Source: Amoebidium appalachense
Taxonomy: Eukaryota > Protista > Ichthyosporea
Assembly (NCBI GenBank): GCA_963693365.1
Contig: CAVNZM010000003.1
Coordinates: 2,398,408 to 2,462,407, forward strand
Length of the DNA stretch: 64,000 nt
Direction: 5' to 3'
Positions 63,696 through 64,000 of this stretch are shown piece by piece. Each line of letters opens with the position of its first letter. The first letter of the stretch is position 1. A program made the position numbers and the translations under genes. The notes beneath the pieces are model-generated. The model saw only the letters and a list, made by a program, of their open reading frames with translations, searched no databases and was not told where the DNA came from.

Positions 63696-64000
63696 AAAAT
63701 GTGGTATGTGTTTACACAGTGTGTGTTTTCAAGCTGTATTTTTCTGTGTAGTTTGCGTACTGTACCTTTGCCTGCCTGGAGGGCACACACAGACGTATTG
63801 TTGGTGTATCCGATCATAGAATTACTATGGTGACATGTTTATGTGTGTGGGCTAGTGTTTGTGTGGGTGGGTGGGTGCTGGCTGTTTGCTGTTGGCTACT
63901 ATGCAGGCATACATGTATGGTGTTTGTACCGTGCAGAGAGAGAGTGATTTTCTTATTCTATTTATTTATTTATTTATTTTTATTTTATTTTATTTTTTTT

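Noticed and set aside
58600-64000. Short ORFs (e.g. 61263-61664) and scattered splice-like sites
   Set aside because: I could not assemble a phase-consistent gene or recognise any domain.

Overview
Eukaryotic, intron- and microsatellite-rich DNA with no prokaryotic features. Bases 1-39 kb are a nested transposon island. (i) A young Ty3/Gypsy chromovirus, element B (15521-38591, near-identical LTRs, TSD ATGCC), carries a 14.7-kb Plavaka/CACTA-type TIR DNA transposon (21031-35722) in its pol; that transposon holds a 5'-truncated transposase, two spliced passenger genes and a ~183-bp satellite. (ii) A minus-strand hetero-tandem at 1-7706 has one LTR of the same family joining a decayed B-type interior to a different, intact-looking A-type gag-pol; it is inserted in the gag of a third LTR family. 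(iii) A spliced Crypton-like tyrosine recombinase gene with an N-terminal zinc knuckle is hit by two solo LTRs and lies next to a Holliday-junction resolvase fragment. Bases 46-57.5 kb hold an intact 11-exon TruA-family tRNA pseudouridine synthase gene, with an inverted partial pseudocopy at 41.6-42.3 kb. The most unusual signals are: a dispersed intronic ~280-nt repeat with compensatory base pairs and a pseudoknot that sits in poly-C tracts; two divergent gag-pol interiors sharing one LTR; a UGA-CGG plus stem-loop gag-pol readthrough signal; and non-TGG primer-binding sites resembling the complement of a tRNA 5' end/D-arm. All family assignments are by eye from motifs. Homopolymer lengths are probably unreliable.
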